Source of the DNA: Trinickia sp.
Lineage (GTDB): Bacteria; Pseudomonadota; Gammaproteobacteria; Burkholderiales; Burkholderiaceae
Direction of reading: 5' to 3'
Assembly (NCBI GenBank): GCA_051961035.1
Contig: JBQCDS010000465.1
Location: 2,002 to 66,001, forward strand
Length of the DNA: 64,000 nt
Positions 18,216 to 28,117 of this stretch are shown one piece after another. The number at the start of each line of letters is the position of its first letter. Position 1 is the first letter of the stretch. Under the pieces are notes generated by a model. It was not told where the DNA came from and did no database searches. It worked only from the letters and a program-made list of their open reading frames with translations. A program made the position numbers and the translations under genes.

Positions 18216-19622
18216 ATGACGAACGAACAGCCCATGCACGCCAGCGGTGCGGCACGCCCTCGAACGATGCTCGTCAAGCATGCCGACGTGCTCGTGACGA
18301 TGGACGGCGCGCGCCGGGAACTGCGCGATGCGGGGCTCTATATCGAAGGTAACCGGATCGTCGCGGTCGCCCCGACGAGCGCATTGCCCGAGACGGCCGA
18401 TCAAGTGCTCGACGCGCGTGGACATCTCGTGATGCCCGGGCTCGTCAATACGCACCACCACATGTATCAAAGCTTGACGCGGGCGGTGCCGGCTGCCCAA
18501 AACGCCGAATTGTTCGGCTGGCTGACGAACCTGTATCGGATTTGGGCGCATCTGACGCCGGAGATGATCGAGGTGTCGACGCTTACCGCGATGGCCGAGC
18601 TGCTCTTGTCGGGCTGCACCACGTCGAGCGACCATCTTTACTTGTACCCGAACGGGAGCCGGCTCGACGACAGCATCGGCGCCGCCGCGCGCATCGGGAT
18701 GCGGTTCCACGCAAGCCGTGGAAGCATGAGCGTCGGGCAAAAGGATGGCGGGTTGCCGCCCGATTCGCTCGTCGAACGCGAAGGCGATATTCTGGCCGAC
18801 ACCCAGCGGCTGATCGAGACCTATCACGACGAGGGCCGCTACGCCATGCTGCGCGTGGCGGTCGCGCCGTGCTCGCCGTTTTCGGTGAGCCGCGATTTGA
18901 TGCGCGAGTCCGCGGCGCTGGCGCGGCACTACGGTGTGTCGATGCACACCCATCTCGCCGAAAACGTCAACGACGTCGCCTACAGCCGCGAGCGTTTCGG
19001 CATGACGCCGGCCGAGTATGCCGAGGATCTCGGATGGGTCGGCGCCGATGTCTGGCATGCCCACTGCGTCCAGCTCGACGCGCCCGGTATTGCGCTGTTC
19101 GCGCGCACGGGCACCGGCGTGGCGCATTGCCCGTGTTCGAATATGCGGCTCGCCTCGGGCATCGCCCCGATTCGCCGTATGCGCGACGCGCAAGTACCGG
19201 TGGGGCTCGGTGTGGATGGGTCGGCTTCGAACGACGGCGCGCATATGCTGGGCGAGGCGCGTCAAGCGATGCTGTTGCAGCGCGTCGGCTTCGGCCCCGA
19301 TGCGATGAGCGCAAGAGAAGCGCTGGAGCTTGCCACGTTGGGCGGCGCCGCGGTGCTCGGGCGCGACGATATCGGAGCGCTCGCGCCTGGGATGGCGGCC
19401 GATTTCGTGGCGTTCGACTTGCGCCAGCCGAGCTTCGCGGGGGCGCTGCACGACCCGGTCGCGGCGCTCGTGTTTTGCGCGCCTTCGCAGGTGTCGCTGA
19501 GCGTCGTCAACGGGCGGGTCGTCGTGCAGGATGGGCGTTTGACGACACTCGAGCTTGCGCCTTTGCTCGAGCGTCACAACGCGCTCGCGCGCACGCTCGG
19601 CGAAGCGGCGCGCACGGCCTGA
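18216..19622 (+). CDS. 8-oxoguanine deaminase-like amidohydrolase
   Basis: Motifs NTHHHMYQSLTRA, HTHLAE, AHCPCSNMRLASG and GVDGSASND; purine catabolism context. Confidence 0.87.
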   Translation: MTNEQPMHASGAARPRTMLVKHADVLVTMDGARRELRDAGLYIEGNRIVAVAPTSALPETADQVLDARGHLVMPGLVNTHHHMYQSLTRAVPAAQNAELFGWLTNLYRIWAHLTPEMIEVSTLTAMAELLLSGCTTSSDHLYLYPNGSRLDDSIGAAARIGMRFHASRGSMSVGQKDGGLPPDSLVEREGDILADTQRLIETYHDEGRYAMLRVAVAPCSPFSVSRDLMRESAALARHYGVSMHTHLAENVNDVAYSRERFGMTPAEYAEDLGWVGADVWHAHCVQLDAPGIALFARTGTGVAHCPCSNMRLASGIAPIRRMRDAQVPVGLGVDGSASNDGAHMLGEARQAMLLQRVGFGPDAMSAREALELATLGGAAVLGRDDIGALAPGMAADFVAFDLRQPSFAGALHDPVAALVFCAPSQVSLSVVNGRVVVQDGRLTTLELAPLLERHNALARTLGEAARTA

Positions 19623-19711
19623 GCATGCGAATGCGGGTCGCGCTCGTGCGCTTGCCCCGAGCGGGCTCGGGGCGGGGGCGGCGAGAGAGGACGGCCGTAT
19701 GGCCGGTACGG

Positions 19712-20644
19712 TTAGGCGCGCTCGACGAGCGTGCGCGTCGCATCGGCGACGAGGCTGCGCAGCCAGCGCACTTCGTCGGAGTAGTGGCAGCGCTCGTGCC
19801 ACAGTTGGTAGTACTGCATGGGTGGAAAGTCGAGCGGGGCGGGCAAGACCGTCAGCGGCAGATACTTGGCGTAGTGATCGGCGAATAGCCGTGTCGTCGT
19901 GAAAATGAGGTCCGACTTGATCAAGACGTATGGCGCGAGATTGAAATACGGCAGGGTGACGACGACATGGCGCTTGAGCCGTTCGCGCGCGAGATGAACG
20001 TCGATCGCGCCGCGTTGGCCGACCGAATACGGTGTGGGCGCAAGGTGCGGCGCGTTCAGATACTGGTCGAGCGTGAGCGTGCCGCGCTTGGCGAACGGGT
20101 GCGTGTTGGCCATCAGGCACACGATTTCGTCGACGAACAAGTTCGACAGATGCAATTGCTCGGGCGGTTCGGGCCAGTTGCCGATGACGACGTCCAGTTT
20201 GCCGTCTTCGAGCGCCAGTTCGTAATCGAACGAGGGCCCGAGCGAATGAAATTCGAGCTGTGCGTTCGGTGCGGCTTGCCGGAATCGTTCGACCACCGTC
20301 GGGACGAACAGGACGTTCAGGTAGTCGGGACAGCCGATGCGGTAGCAGCGGATCGACGTTGCGGGATCGAAGTTGTGCTGCTGAAAGCGAATCCGTTCGA
20401 TTTCCCGCAGCGCGTTCTGCACGGGCTCGAGCAGGCGCAGACCGTACTCGGTCGGCACCATGCCGGACTTGCCGCGTACGAGCAGCGGATCGCCCGTGAT
20501 GTCGCGCAAACGGCGCAGCGCGGCGCTGATCGCCGGTTGCGATTGATTGAGCTTGACGGCCGCGCGGGTCACGCTGCGCTCCATCAAGAGGGTGTGCAAG
20601 ACGCGCAAAAGATACGTGTCGATCGCCTCGCGTTGCTGACTCAT
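19712..20644 (-). CDS. LysR-family regulator
   Basis: HTH SVTRAAVKLNQSQPAISAALRRLR; divergent from the ABC operon. Confidence 0.93.
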   Translation of the reverse strand: MSQQREAIDTYLLRVLHTLLMERSVTRAAVKLNQSQPAISAALRRLRDITGDPLLVRGKSGMVPTEYGLRLLEPVQNALREIERIRFQQHNFDPATSIRCYRIGCPDYLNVLFVPTVVERFRQAAPNAQLEFHSLGPSFDYELALEDGKLDVVIGNWPEPPEQLHLSNLFVDEIVCLMANTHPFAKRGTLTLDQYLNAPHLAPTPYSVGQRGAIDVHLARERLKRHVVVTLPYFNLAPYVLIKSDLIFTTTRLFADHYAKYLPLTVLPAPLDFPPMQYYQLWHERCHYSDEVRWLRSLVADATRTLVERA

Positions 20645-20946
20645 GAATGGCTCCGATATATGTTGCGGCTGATCGAGCGGGGGTGGGAGTATCAGATTTT
20701 TAATATGTGCATGAAGCACAGTCAAGGGCGCACATACCCGTGTGGCGCAACGGCCGCATCGAGTGTTCGTACGATATTGTCGGCTCGACGCTCGCGCGCG
20801 ATTTGGGTATCGTCGGGCCACGGCCGCCGGTCGGCGCGGCGCGAAGCGGCGCTCGACCGGGGCAGGCGGCATAGGGGAACGGGGAACGCGACGAGCATCG
20901 AGCGCGTCGCGCGATAAGCGGGTAGGCAGTCAGTTCGACGGATCTC

Positions 20947-22539
20947 ATGGGCGATCAATCACATTTCCACGGCCAGGCGGGCGCGCGTTCGCCGGTCGTG
21001 CCACGGCTCGCGTTGACGGGCATCAGCAAGCAATATCCGTCGGTGAAGGCGAACGACGACGTGCATCTCGTCGTGGCGCCGGGCGAGATCCACGCCGTGC
21101 TCGGCGAAAACGGGGCCGGCAAGAGCACGTTGATGAAAATCATCTACGGCTCGGTGCGGCCCGATGCGGGCGAGATTCGCTGGGAAGGCGATCTCGTCGA
21201 CATCGCGAGCCCCGCGCAGGCGCGCAAGCTCGGGATCGGGATGGTGTTTCAGCACTTCTCGCTGTTCGAAACGTTGACGGTGGGCGAGAACATCGCACTG
21301 GCGCTCGACGAGCCGTTCGATCTGTCGGCGCTCGGCAAGCGCATTCGCGACGTGTCGGCCGAGTACGGCCTCGACATCGACCCGCAACGGCATGTGCACA
21401 GCTTGACGGTGGGCGAGCGCCAGCGCGTGGAAATCGTGCGTTGTCTGTTGCAGCACCCGCGGCTCCTGATCATGGACGAGCCGACTTCGGTGTTGACCCC
21501 GCAAGCCGTGCGCAAGCTGTTCGATACCTTGAGGCGTCTCGCGGTGCAAGGTTGTAGCGTGCTCTATATCAGCCACAAGCTCGACGAAATTCGCGAGCTG
21601 TGCGATACGGCCACGGTCATGCGCGGCGGCCGCGTGACGGGCCACGTCAAGCCGCGCGAACAAACGCACGCGTCGCTCGCGCAGCTGATGGTCGGCCATG
21701 CGCTGCCCGACTATACGCGCCGCGCCCATACCCCGGGCGAGGCGCGGCTTTCGGTACGGAAGCTGTCGGCGCCGAGCGACGACCCATTCGGGACCTCGCT
21801 GGAGAATGTGACGTTCGACGTGCATGCGGGCGAGATCTTCGGGATCGCGGGCGTGTCGGGCAACGGCCAAGCGGAACTATTGGCCGCGCTCTCCGGCGAA
21901 AAGCGTAGCGCCGCCCAACCCGATGCCGTGACGATCTGCGGCAAAAGCGCTGGAAGTCTTTCGGCTGGTGCACGCCGTCGCTTGGGCTTTGCGTTCGTTC
22001 CCGAAGAGCGGCTCGGGCGTGGTGCCGTGCCGGCCATGTCGCTCGCCGACAATGGTCTGCTCACTGCGCATCGCCAGCCCGGCATGGTCCGCCACGGTTG
22101 GATCGGCACCGGCGCCATGCGCGCGTTCGCGACGCGTTGCATCGAAGCGTTCGATGTGCGCTGCGGCGGCCCGGACGCGCTTGCCCAGTCGCTATCGGGC
22201 GGCAATCTCCAGAAGTTCATCGTGGGCCGCGAGCTCTTGCAAGCCCCGAAAGTGCTCGTGGTCGCACAGCCGACGTGGGGCGTCGACGTCGGCGCGTCCG
22301 CGTTCATCCGGCAACAGCTGCTCGATTTATCGGCCAAGGGGGTTGCCGTGCTCGTTATCTCGGAGGAACTGGACGAGCTATTCGACATCTGCGACCGGAT
22401 TGCCGTGCTCGCGCGCGGGCGTTTGTCGCCGGCGCGCAAGACGGGCGAGACGAATGCCGAGGAAATCGGCCTCTGGATGGCGGGCATGTTCGGCGACCCT
22501 GGCGCGGCGCCGCCCGCTGCGCAGCCTTTGCATGTTTGA
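20947..22539 (+). CDS. ABC transporter ATP-binding protein (CUT2, purine/nucleoside type)
   Basis: Walker A GENGAGKST, two NBDs, LSGGNLQK. Confidence 0.93.
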   Translation: MGDQSHFHGQAGARSPVVPRLALTGISKQYPSVKANDDVHLVVAPGEIHAVLGENGAGKSTLMKIIYGSVRPDAGEIRWEGDLVDIASPAQARKLGIGMVFQHFSLFETLTVGENIALALDEPFDLSALGKRIRDVSAEYGLDIDPQRHVHSLTVGERQRVEIVRCLLQHPRLLIMDEPTSVLTPQAVRKLFDTLRRLAVQGCSVLYISHKLDEIRELCDTATVMRGGRVTGHVKPREQTHASLAQLMVGHALPDYTRRAHTPGEARLSVRKLSAPSDDPFGTSLENVTFDVHAGEIFGIAGVSGNGQAELLAALSGEKRSAAQPDAVTICGKSAGSLSAGARRRLGFAFVPEERLGRGAVPAMSLADNGLLTAHRQPGMVRHGWIGTGAMRAFATRCIEAFDVRCGGPDALAQSLSGGNLQKFIVGRELLQAPKVLVVAQPTWGVDVGASAFIRQQLLDLSAKGVAVLVISEELDELFDICDRIAVLARGRLSPARKTGETNAEEIGLWMAGMFGDPGAAPPAAQPLHV

Positions 22540-22662
22540 CACGACATCGGTGCGCTGCCGCGGCGACGCAGGAACGGCCTTAGTCGGCCGGTGCCCCGCG
22601 CGGCCGCGCCGACGCTAGGTATCGAAGAATCGAAGAATCGACCCCCCACGCTCGAATTGACC

Positions 22663-23766
22663 ATGTATTTTCCTTACCGACTTGAAGCCCGTCCGACGCC
22701 TTCTCGCGCCATGCGGCTCGCCGTGCCCCTGATCGCCGCGTTGTTGACGCTTGCGATCGGCTTTCTGATCTTCGGCCTCGTCGGGCGCGACCCGGTGCAG
22801 GCCATGCGGGCGTTCTTCATCGATCCGTTGGCCGACGTCAACGGTTGGTCGGAGTTGCTGCTCAAGGCCTCGCCGTTATGCCTGATCGGGCTCGGCCTCG
22901 CCGTCGGCTATCGTGCGAATGTATGGAATATCGGCGCCGAAGGGCAGATGCTCGCGGGCGGTATCGCGGCCAGCGGCGTTGCGATCCACTTCGATCAGGC
23001 AAGCGGCGCCTGGATCTTGTTTCTGATGATGGGGGCGGGCATCGTGGGCGGCATGTTGTGGGCCGCGATCCCGGCGTTTCTCAAGACGCGTTTCAACACG
23101 AACGAGATCTTAACGAGCCTCATGCTGACCTACGTCGCGACGCAGTTGTTGATCTATCTCGTGAGCGGCCCATGGCGCGATCCGCAAGGCATGAACTTCC
23201 CGTTGTCGGAGATGTTCTCGGGCGACGCGTTGTATCCGACCTTCGGTGGCGATTGGCGTTGGCACTGGCTGCGCGGGACACGGCTCAATGCGTCGATCTT
23301 CCTGACGCTGGCGGCGATCCCCGCGGTGTGGTTCTTTATGCGCAAGAGCTTTGCCGGTTTTCGGATGAACGTGGGCGGCCTCGCGCCGCTCGCCGCGCGC
23401 TATGCCGGGTTTTCCGATGCGGGCACGGTCTGGACGTCGCTCTTGATCAGCGGCGCGCTTGCCGGCTTGGCCGGCATGGGCGAGGTGGCCGGACCGATCG
23501 GTCAGTTGCAGGCGACCTGGTCCCCAGGCTACGGCTTTACGGCGATCATCGTCGTTTTCGTGGGGCGGCTGCATCCCATCGGCATCGTGTTGGCCAGTTT
23601 GCTGATGGCGCTGCTCTATTTGGGCGGCGAGGCCGTGCAGACGTCGATGCAGCTTCCGCAGGCGTTGTCGGGCGTATTTCAGGGCCTGTTGCTGTTCTGC
23701 CTGCTCGGGGCGGACTTGTTCGTCAACTATCGTCTGCGCCGCGTGCCTCGCGCGGTGCACGGCTGA
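22663..23766 (+). CDS. ABC transporter permease (nucleoside type)
   Basis: Motifs WNIGAEGQ, NEILTSLML and GYGFTAIIV. Confidence 0.9.
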   Translation: MYFPYRLEARPTPSRAMRLAVPLIAALLTLAIGFLIFGLVGRDPVQAMRAFFIDPLADVNGWSELLLKASPLCLIGLGLAVGYRANVWNIGAEGQMLAGGIAASGVAIHFDQASGAWILFLMMGAGIVGGMLWAAIPAFLKTRFNTNEILTSLMLTYVATQLLIYLVSGPWRDPQGMNFPLSEMFSGDALYPTFGGDWRWHWLRGTRLNASIFLTLAAIPAVWFFMRKSFAGFRMNVGGLAPLAARYAGFSDAGTVWTSLLISGALAGLAGMGEVAGPIGQLQATWSPGYGFTAIIVVFVGRLHPIGIVLASLLMALLYLGGEAVQTSMQLPQALSGVFQGLLLFCLLGADLFVNYRLRRVPRAVHG

Positions 23767-23827
23767 GCAAGGCTATCGAAGCAGGTTTCGCGTAATCGTA
23801 TGACTCGCCAATCGAAATAGAACGACC

Positions 23828-24757
23828 ATGGATATTCAACAAGCTGGCTCGCTAGCGTCGAGCGCTGTCGTCGCCGCCATTCCGTTGATGCTGGCGGGCG
23901 CCGGCGAACTCGTCACCGAAAAATCGGGTGTGCTGAACCTCGGCGTCGAAGGGATGATGCTGATGGGGGCGGTGACCGGGTATGCCGTCACCGTGGCGAC
24001 CGGGCATCCCTGGCTAGGGGTGGCGGCTTCGATCGGGGCGGGTGTTGCGATGGCGCTCCTGTTCGCGTTTCTGACGCTGACCATGCTGGCCAATCAAGTG
24101 GCGACAGGGCTCTCGCTGGCAATCTTCGGCACCGGTTTATCGGCCTACGTCGGTAAGCCTTATACGTCGGCATCGGTGAGCGCCACGATTGCCGCTTGGC
24201 CGATCCCCGGGCTCGCGCACCTCCCCGTGCTGGGCCCGGCACTGTTTTCGCTGACGCCGCTCGGCTATTTCGCGTTCGTGCTGTTCGGCCTCGTGGCCTG
24301 GTTCCTCTATCGAACGCGCGCGGGGCTCGTGCTGCGTTCCGTGGGGGAATCGCCGAGCGTCGCGCATTCGGTCGGATTTCCCGTGGTCGGTGTGCGCTAC
24401 GGTGCGACGCTCTTCGGGGGCGGCATGGCCGGGCTGGCAGGCGGCTACTACTCGATCGTCTATCTGCACCTGTGGCAGGAGCAACTGACGTCGGGCCGCG
24501 GCTGGATCGCCCTTGCCCTGGTGGTGTTCGCCACCTGGCGGCCCGCACGGCTACTCGTCGGCGCGCTGCTGTTCGGCGCCGTCACCGGGCTGCAGTTCTA
24601 TGCGCAAGCAGTGGGCGTACCCGTGCCCACCCAATTTCTCGCGATGCTGCCGTACCTCGCGACGATCGTCGTGCTGGCAGTGATTTCGCGCAATCCGAAT
24701 ACGATCAAGCTCAACGCGCCCGCATCGCTCGGCAAACCTTTCTATGCCACGAGCTGA
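23828..24757 (+). CDS. ABC transporter permease (nucleoside type)
   Basis: Motifs EKSGVLNLGVEGMML and GRGWIALALVVF. Confidence 0.9.
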   Translation: MDIQQAGSLASSAVVAAIPLMLAGAGELVTEKSGVLNLGVEGMMLMGAVTGYAVTVATGHPWLGVAASIGAGVAMALLFAFLTLTMLANQVATGLSLAIFGTGLSAYVGKPYTSASVSATIAAWPIPGLAHLPVLGPALFSLTPLGYFAFVLFGLVAWFLYRTRAGLVLRSVGESPSVAHSVGFPVVGVRYGATLFGGGMAGLAGGYYSIVYLHLWQEQLTSGRGWIALALVVFATWRPARLLVGALLFGAVTGLQFYAQAVGVPVPTQFLAMLPYLATIVVLAVISRNPNTIKLNAPASLGKPFYATS

Positions 24758-24821
24758 GCCCGACGCTGGCCGAGCTGCAGGACCGATCGACCGATTCACC
24801 CCACACCACTGGAGAAGTTCG

Positions 24822-25907
24822 ATGAGAAGAAAAACGTTGACCTCGCTCGCCGCCGGCGCGGCGCTCGTGTTGAGCGCCGCGTTCGTCCCCGCCGCGCAAG
24901 CGGCCGACGTGCCTGGTGTCGCGTTCGTCTACCTGGGCAACCCGGGCGACGCAGGCTGGACCTTTGCGCACGATCAAGGCTCGAAAGAGGCCGAGGCGCA
25001 GTTCGGCAAGAAGATCAAGATCACGCGCGTCGAGGATGTGCCCGAATCGGCCGATTCCGAACGTGTCTTCCGCGAACTCGCGAGCAAGGGCAACAAAATC
25101 ATCTTCGGAACGAGCTTCGGCTATCAAGACTTCGAACTGAAGGTCGCGAAAGACTTTCCGGACACGGTGTTTTTGCACGCGACGGGCTACAAGAAGGGCA
25201 AGAACTTCGGCACGTACGACGTGCGCATGTATCAAGGCGCCTACCTCGCGGGCATTGTCGCGGGGCATATGACGAAGACGAACACGCTCGGTTTCGTCGC
25301 ATCGGTGCCGATCCCGGAAGTGGTGCGCAACATCAATGCGTACACGCTCGGCGCCCGCTCGGTCAATCCGAAGGTGCACACGAAGGTCATCTGGATCAAC
25401 AGCTGGTTCGATCCGGGCAAGGAAAAGCAGGCTGCCGAGACGTTGATCGGGCAGGGGGCCGACGTCCTGCTGCAAAACACCGATTCGAGCGCGACGCTTG
25501 CGACGGCCCAAGAAAAGCACGTGCATGCGTTCGGCTGGGACTCCGATATGAAGAAGTTCGGGCCCGATGCGGCGCTGGGCTCGGTGGTCGCGCATTGGGG
25601 CGTCTACTATCGTGCCGCGATCGCGCAAGTGCTCGACGGCAAATGGAAGAACGATCCCGTCTGGTGGGGATTGCCCCAGCAAGCGGTGGATCTGGAAGAC
25701 TTGAACCCAACGGTGACGCCGGCGGCGCTTAACGACGAGAAGAGCGCGCGCAGCGCGATCGCGAGCGGCAAGCGCGATGTCTTCACGGGTCCGATCAAGG
25801 ATCAAACGGGGGCAGTCAAGGTGCCGGCCGGCACCACGCTGTCCGATGCGCAGCTGCAGCGCCTGAACTGGTACGTCGAAGGCGTGGACGGTACGCTGCC
25901 GCACTGA
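24822..25907 (+). CDS. BMP-family purine/nucleoside substrate-binding protein
   Basis: Signal peptide, then GDAGWTFAHDQG, FGTSFGY, PEVVRNINAY and WFDPGKE. Confidence 0.9.
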   Translation: MRRKTLTSLAAGAALVLSAAFVPAAQAADVPGVAFVYLGNPGDAGWTFAHDQGSKEAEAQFGKKIKITRVEDVPESADSERVFRELASKGNKIIFGTSFGYQDFELKVAKDFPDTVFLHATGYKKGKNFGTYDVRMYQGAYLAGIVAGHMTKTNTLGFVASVPIPEVVRNINAYTLGARSVNPKVHTKVIWINSWFDPGKEKQAAETLIGQGADVLLQNTDSSATLATAQEKHVHAFGWDSDMKKFGPDAALGSVVAHWGVYYRAAIAQVLDGKWKNDPVWWGLPQQAVDLEDLNPTVTPAALNDEKSARSAIASGKRDVFTGPIKDQTGAVKVPAGTTLSDAQLQRLNWYVEGVDGTLPH

Positions 25908-25964
25908 CGAAGCTGCGCTGTCGCGCAAAGAGCGGGCGGGACGCCGATGGTATCCCGCCCATCG

Positions 25965-26174
25965 TCAATCTTCCAAGCGCATCCCCACCTTGAGCGTCAC
26001 TTGCCAGTGCACGACGCCGCCGTTTTCGATGTGTCCGCGCGTTTCCGTTACTTCGAACCAATTCAGATTGCGCAAGGTCTTCGAGGCGCGTTCGATGGCG
26101 CATCGAATCGCATCGTCGCTCGATTTCGTCGACGAACCGGTCAGTTCGATGTATTTGTAGACGTGGTCGTTCAT
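25965..26174 (-). CDS. Dodecin (flavin-binding)
   Basis: [12 protein letters not shown]...LRNLNWFEV...WQVTLKVG. Confidence 0.93.
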   Translation of the reverse strand: MNDHVYKYIELTGSSTKSSDDAIRCAIERASKTLRNLNWFEVTETRGHIENGGVVHWQVTLKVGMRLED

Positions 26175-26321
26175 GAGATTTCGCTCCGTTTATCGTCGAG
26201 CATGGATAGACCAGTATAGGCAACGATGCGCGGGCATGCCGATGGCGGCGCGCGATATCGTATGGGTCTTGTGCGTTGCCGCCGAGGACGCAGACCGATT
26301 CGTTCGAAGGAGAAAGCCACG

Positions 26322-27227
26322 ATGGATCTAGGATTTTGCGGGCCGGGCCTCATGGGCGCGCCGATGATCCGGCATTTGCTCGGTGCCGGGCACTCGGTCT
26401 GGGTATGGAACCGCACGCGCGCGAAGGCGCAGGCGCTCGTCGCCGACGGCGCGCAGGTGGTCGATACCCCACGCGATCTCGTTGCCCGCGCGCAAGCGGT
26501 GTTGCTGTGCGTGTCCGACACGCAGGCTGTCGAAGACGTCGTATTCGGGCAGGATGGGCTGCTCGGCGGCGATGGGGCCGACGGCGATGCGGGGCGCATG
26601 CGTTGGATCGTCGATCACTCGAGCATCGCGCCCGCGGCGACGCGCGCGTACGCGGCGCGTGCGGCAGGCCGGGGCATCGGCTGGGTCGATGCGCCCGTGT
26701 CGGGCGGCGTGCCGGGCGCGCAGGCCGGCACGCTCGCCGTGATGGCCGGGGGCAGCGCAGCCGATGTCGCCGCGCTAGAGCCGATCGTTCGCGCCTATGC
26801 CGCGCGTGTCACGCATATGGGCGAGGTGGGCGCGGGGCAGATGACGAAACTGTGCAACCAGGCGATCGTCTGCGCGACGGTGGCCGGCGTGGCCGAGGCG
26901 GTCGGCCTGGCGCAGGCGGCCGGGATCGATGCGGCTCGACTGCCCGAGGCGCTCGCCGGCGGCTGGGCCGACTCGGTCTTGCTGCGCACGTTCGTGCCGC
27001 GCATGACCGAAACGGGGCACGCGCCGCTCGGTTCCTTGAAGACGTTTCAGAAAGACATCGATACGGTGGCCGACGCGGCGCGCGCGGCGGGCGCGGTGAT
27101 GCCGGTGGTCGGCGCGGTCCAGCAGCTCTTGCGCCTCGGGGCGGCCATGGGGCTCGCGCAGGCCGATCTGGCGGCGTTTATCGACATCGTGCGGCCACAG
27201 GCGCGTGCGGCGCGGCATGCGTCGTGA
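26322..27227 (+). CDS. 3-hydroxyisobutyrate dehydrogenase-family NAD(P) oxidoreductase
   Basis: Motifs GFCGPGLMGAPM, DAPVSGG and GQMTKLCNQ. Confidence 0.88.
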   Translation: MDLGFCGPGLMGAPMIRHLLGAGHSVWVWNRTRAKAQALVADGAQVVDTPRDLVARAQAVLLCVSDTQAVEDVVFGQDGLLGGDGADGDAGRMRWIVDHSSIAPAATRAYAARAAGRGIGWVDAPVSGGVPGAQAGTLAVMAGGSAADVAALEPIVRAYAARVTHMGEVGAGQMTKLCNQAIVCATVAGVAEAVGLAQAAGIDAARLPEALAGGWADSVLLRTFVPRMTETGHAPLGSLKTFQKDIDTVADAARAAGAVMPVVGAVQQLLRLGAAMGLAQADLAAFIDIVRPQARAARHAS

Positions 27228-27266
27228 ACGCCGGCCGAGCCGCCGTGCGCGGATCCGCTCGATCGC

Positions 27267-27710
27267 TTAGCGAAACGAGCGCGGTGCCGCGTCGCCGGCG
27301 TTTTGCCGGCGGGTGCCGCGTGCCACGGCGCCTGCACCGAATTCGGGCAGGATCTTGACGCGCGCACGGCTCGCGAAGACGAGGAAGCCGAACCCGTTCG
27401 TCTCGTACCAGTAGCCCCCGTTCTCGAGCCCTTCGAGCGGCTGTTCGAGCGCATTGGCGATCGATTCGATGCAGCGGCGGCGTAACTCGTCGACGTCGGG
27501 ATAAGGCGGCTGCGCGCCGCGCACTGTACACAGCAGGACGTCGAGCCCGGGCAGGACGTGCTCGTAGAGCACCGGCTCGTCTTGCGAGCGTGCACGGGCG
27601 ATCTTGGTATCGAGCTGGACAAACGGTTTGAACTGGCGCAGCACGGCGAGAAACGATTCTTTGCTGTCCGCGCTCGCGCGCCTGCGCTTTCTCGGGAAGG
27701 ACATAAACAT
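27267..27710 (-). CDS. Hypothetical protein
   Basis: About 147 aa ORF with coding-like composition (YEHVLPGLDVLLC...GGYWYETNGFGFLVFASR) filling the gap between genes. Confidence 0.65.
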   Translation of the reverse strand: MFMSFPRKRRRASADSKESFLAVLRQFKPFVQLDTKIARARSQDEPVLYEHVLPGLDVLLCTVRGAQPPYPDVDELRRRCIESIANALEQPLEGLENGGYWYETNGFGFLVFASRARVKILPEFGAGAVARGTRRQNAGDAAPRSFR

Positions 27711-28117
27711 TCGCCTGAAAAAGAGTTGCAAGAAACACAGCGTCCTCATGCGACCACTCCCGGCTCTCGCGCGCCGCACGTCCGATCTTTTATAGCATAC
27801 GAAATCGTCGCATTCACGAGCGCGCACCATTCGGCACGCGTTCCCGACGCACGTAGGCGGTCATATCGAAGCCGCGCATCATCGATGCCGCACGGCGCTC
27901 GACATCTATGGCAATAATAGGCCCGAGTTTCGTCCACGTGCTGGCCCAACTCATAAAAAATGCCAACTTCTGTGCGCACGCGCGCCTCTATATCGTCCGT
28001 TGAAATATCTCGAAACAGCACGGATAATGGTCCGGTTTCACTCTTGCACGTCGTGCAATGCAAGCGCCGTGCCGCGCCAGCGCGCGGAACGCGCCTCCGA
28101 GGGGCCGCCAAGGACGC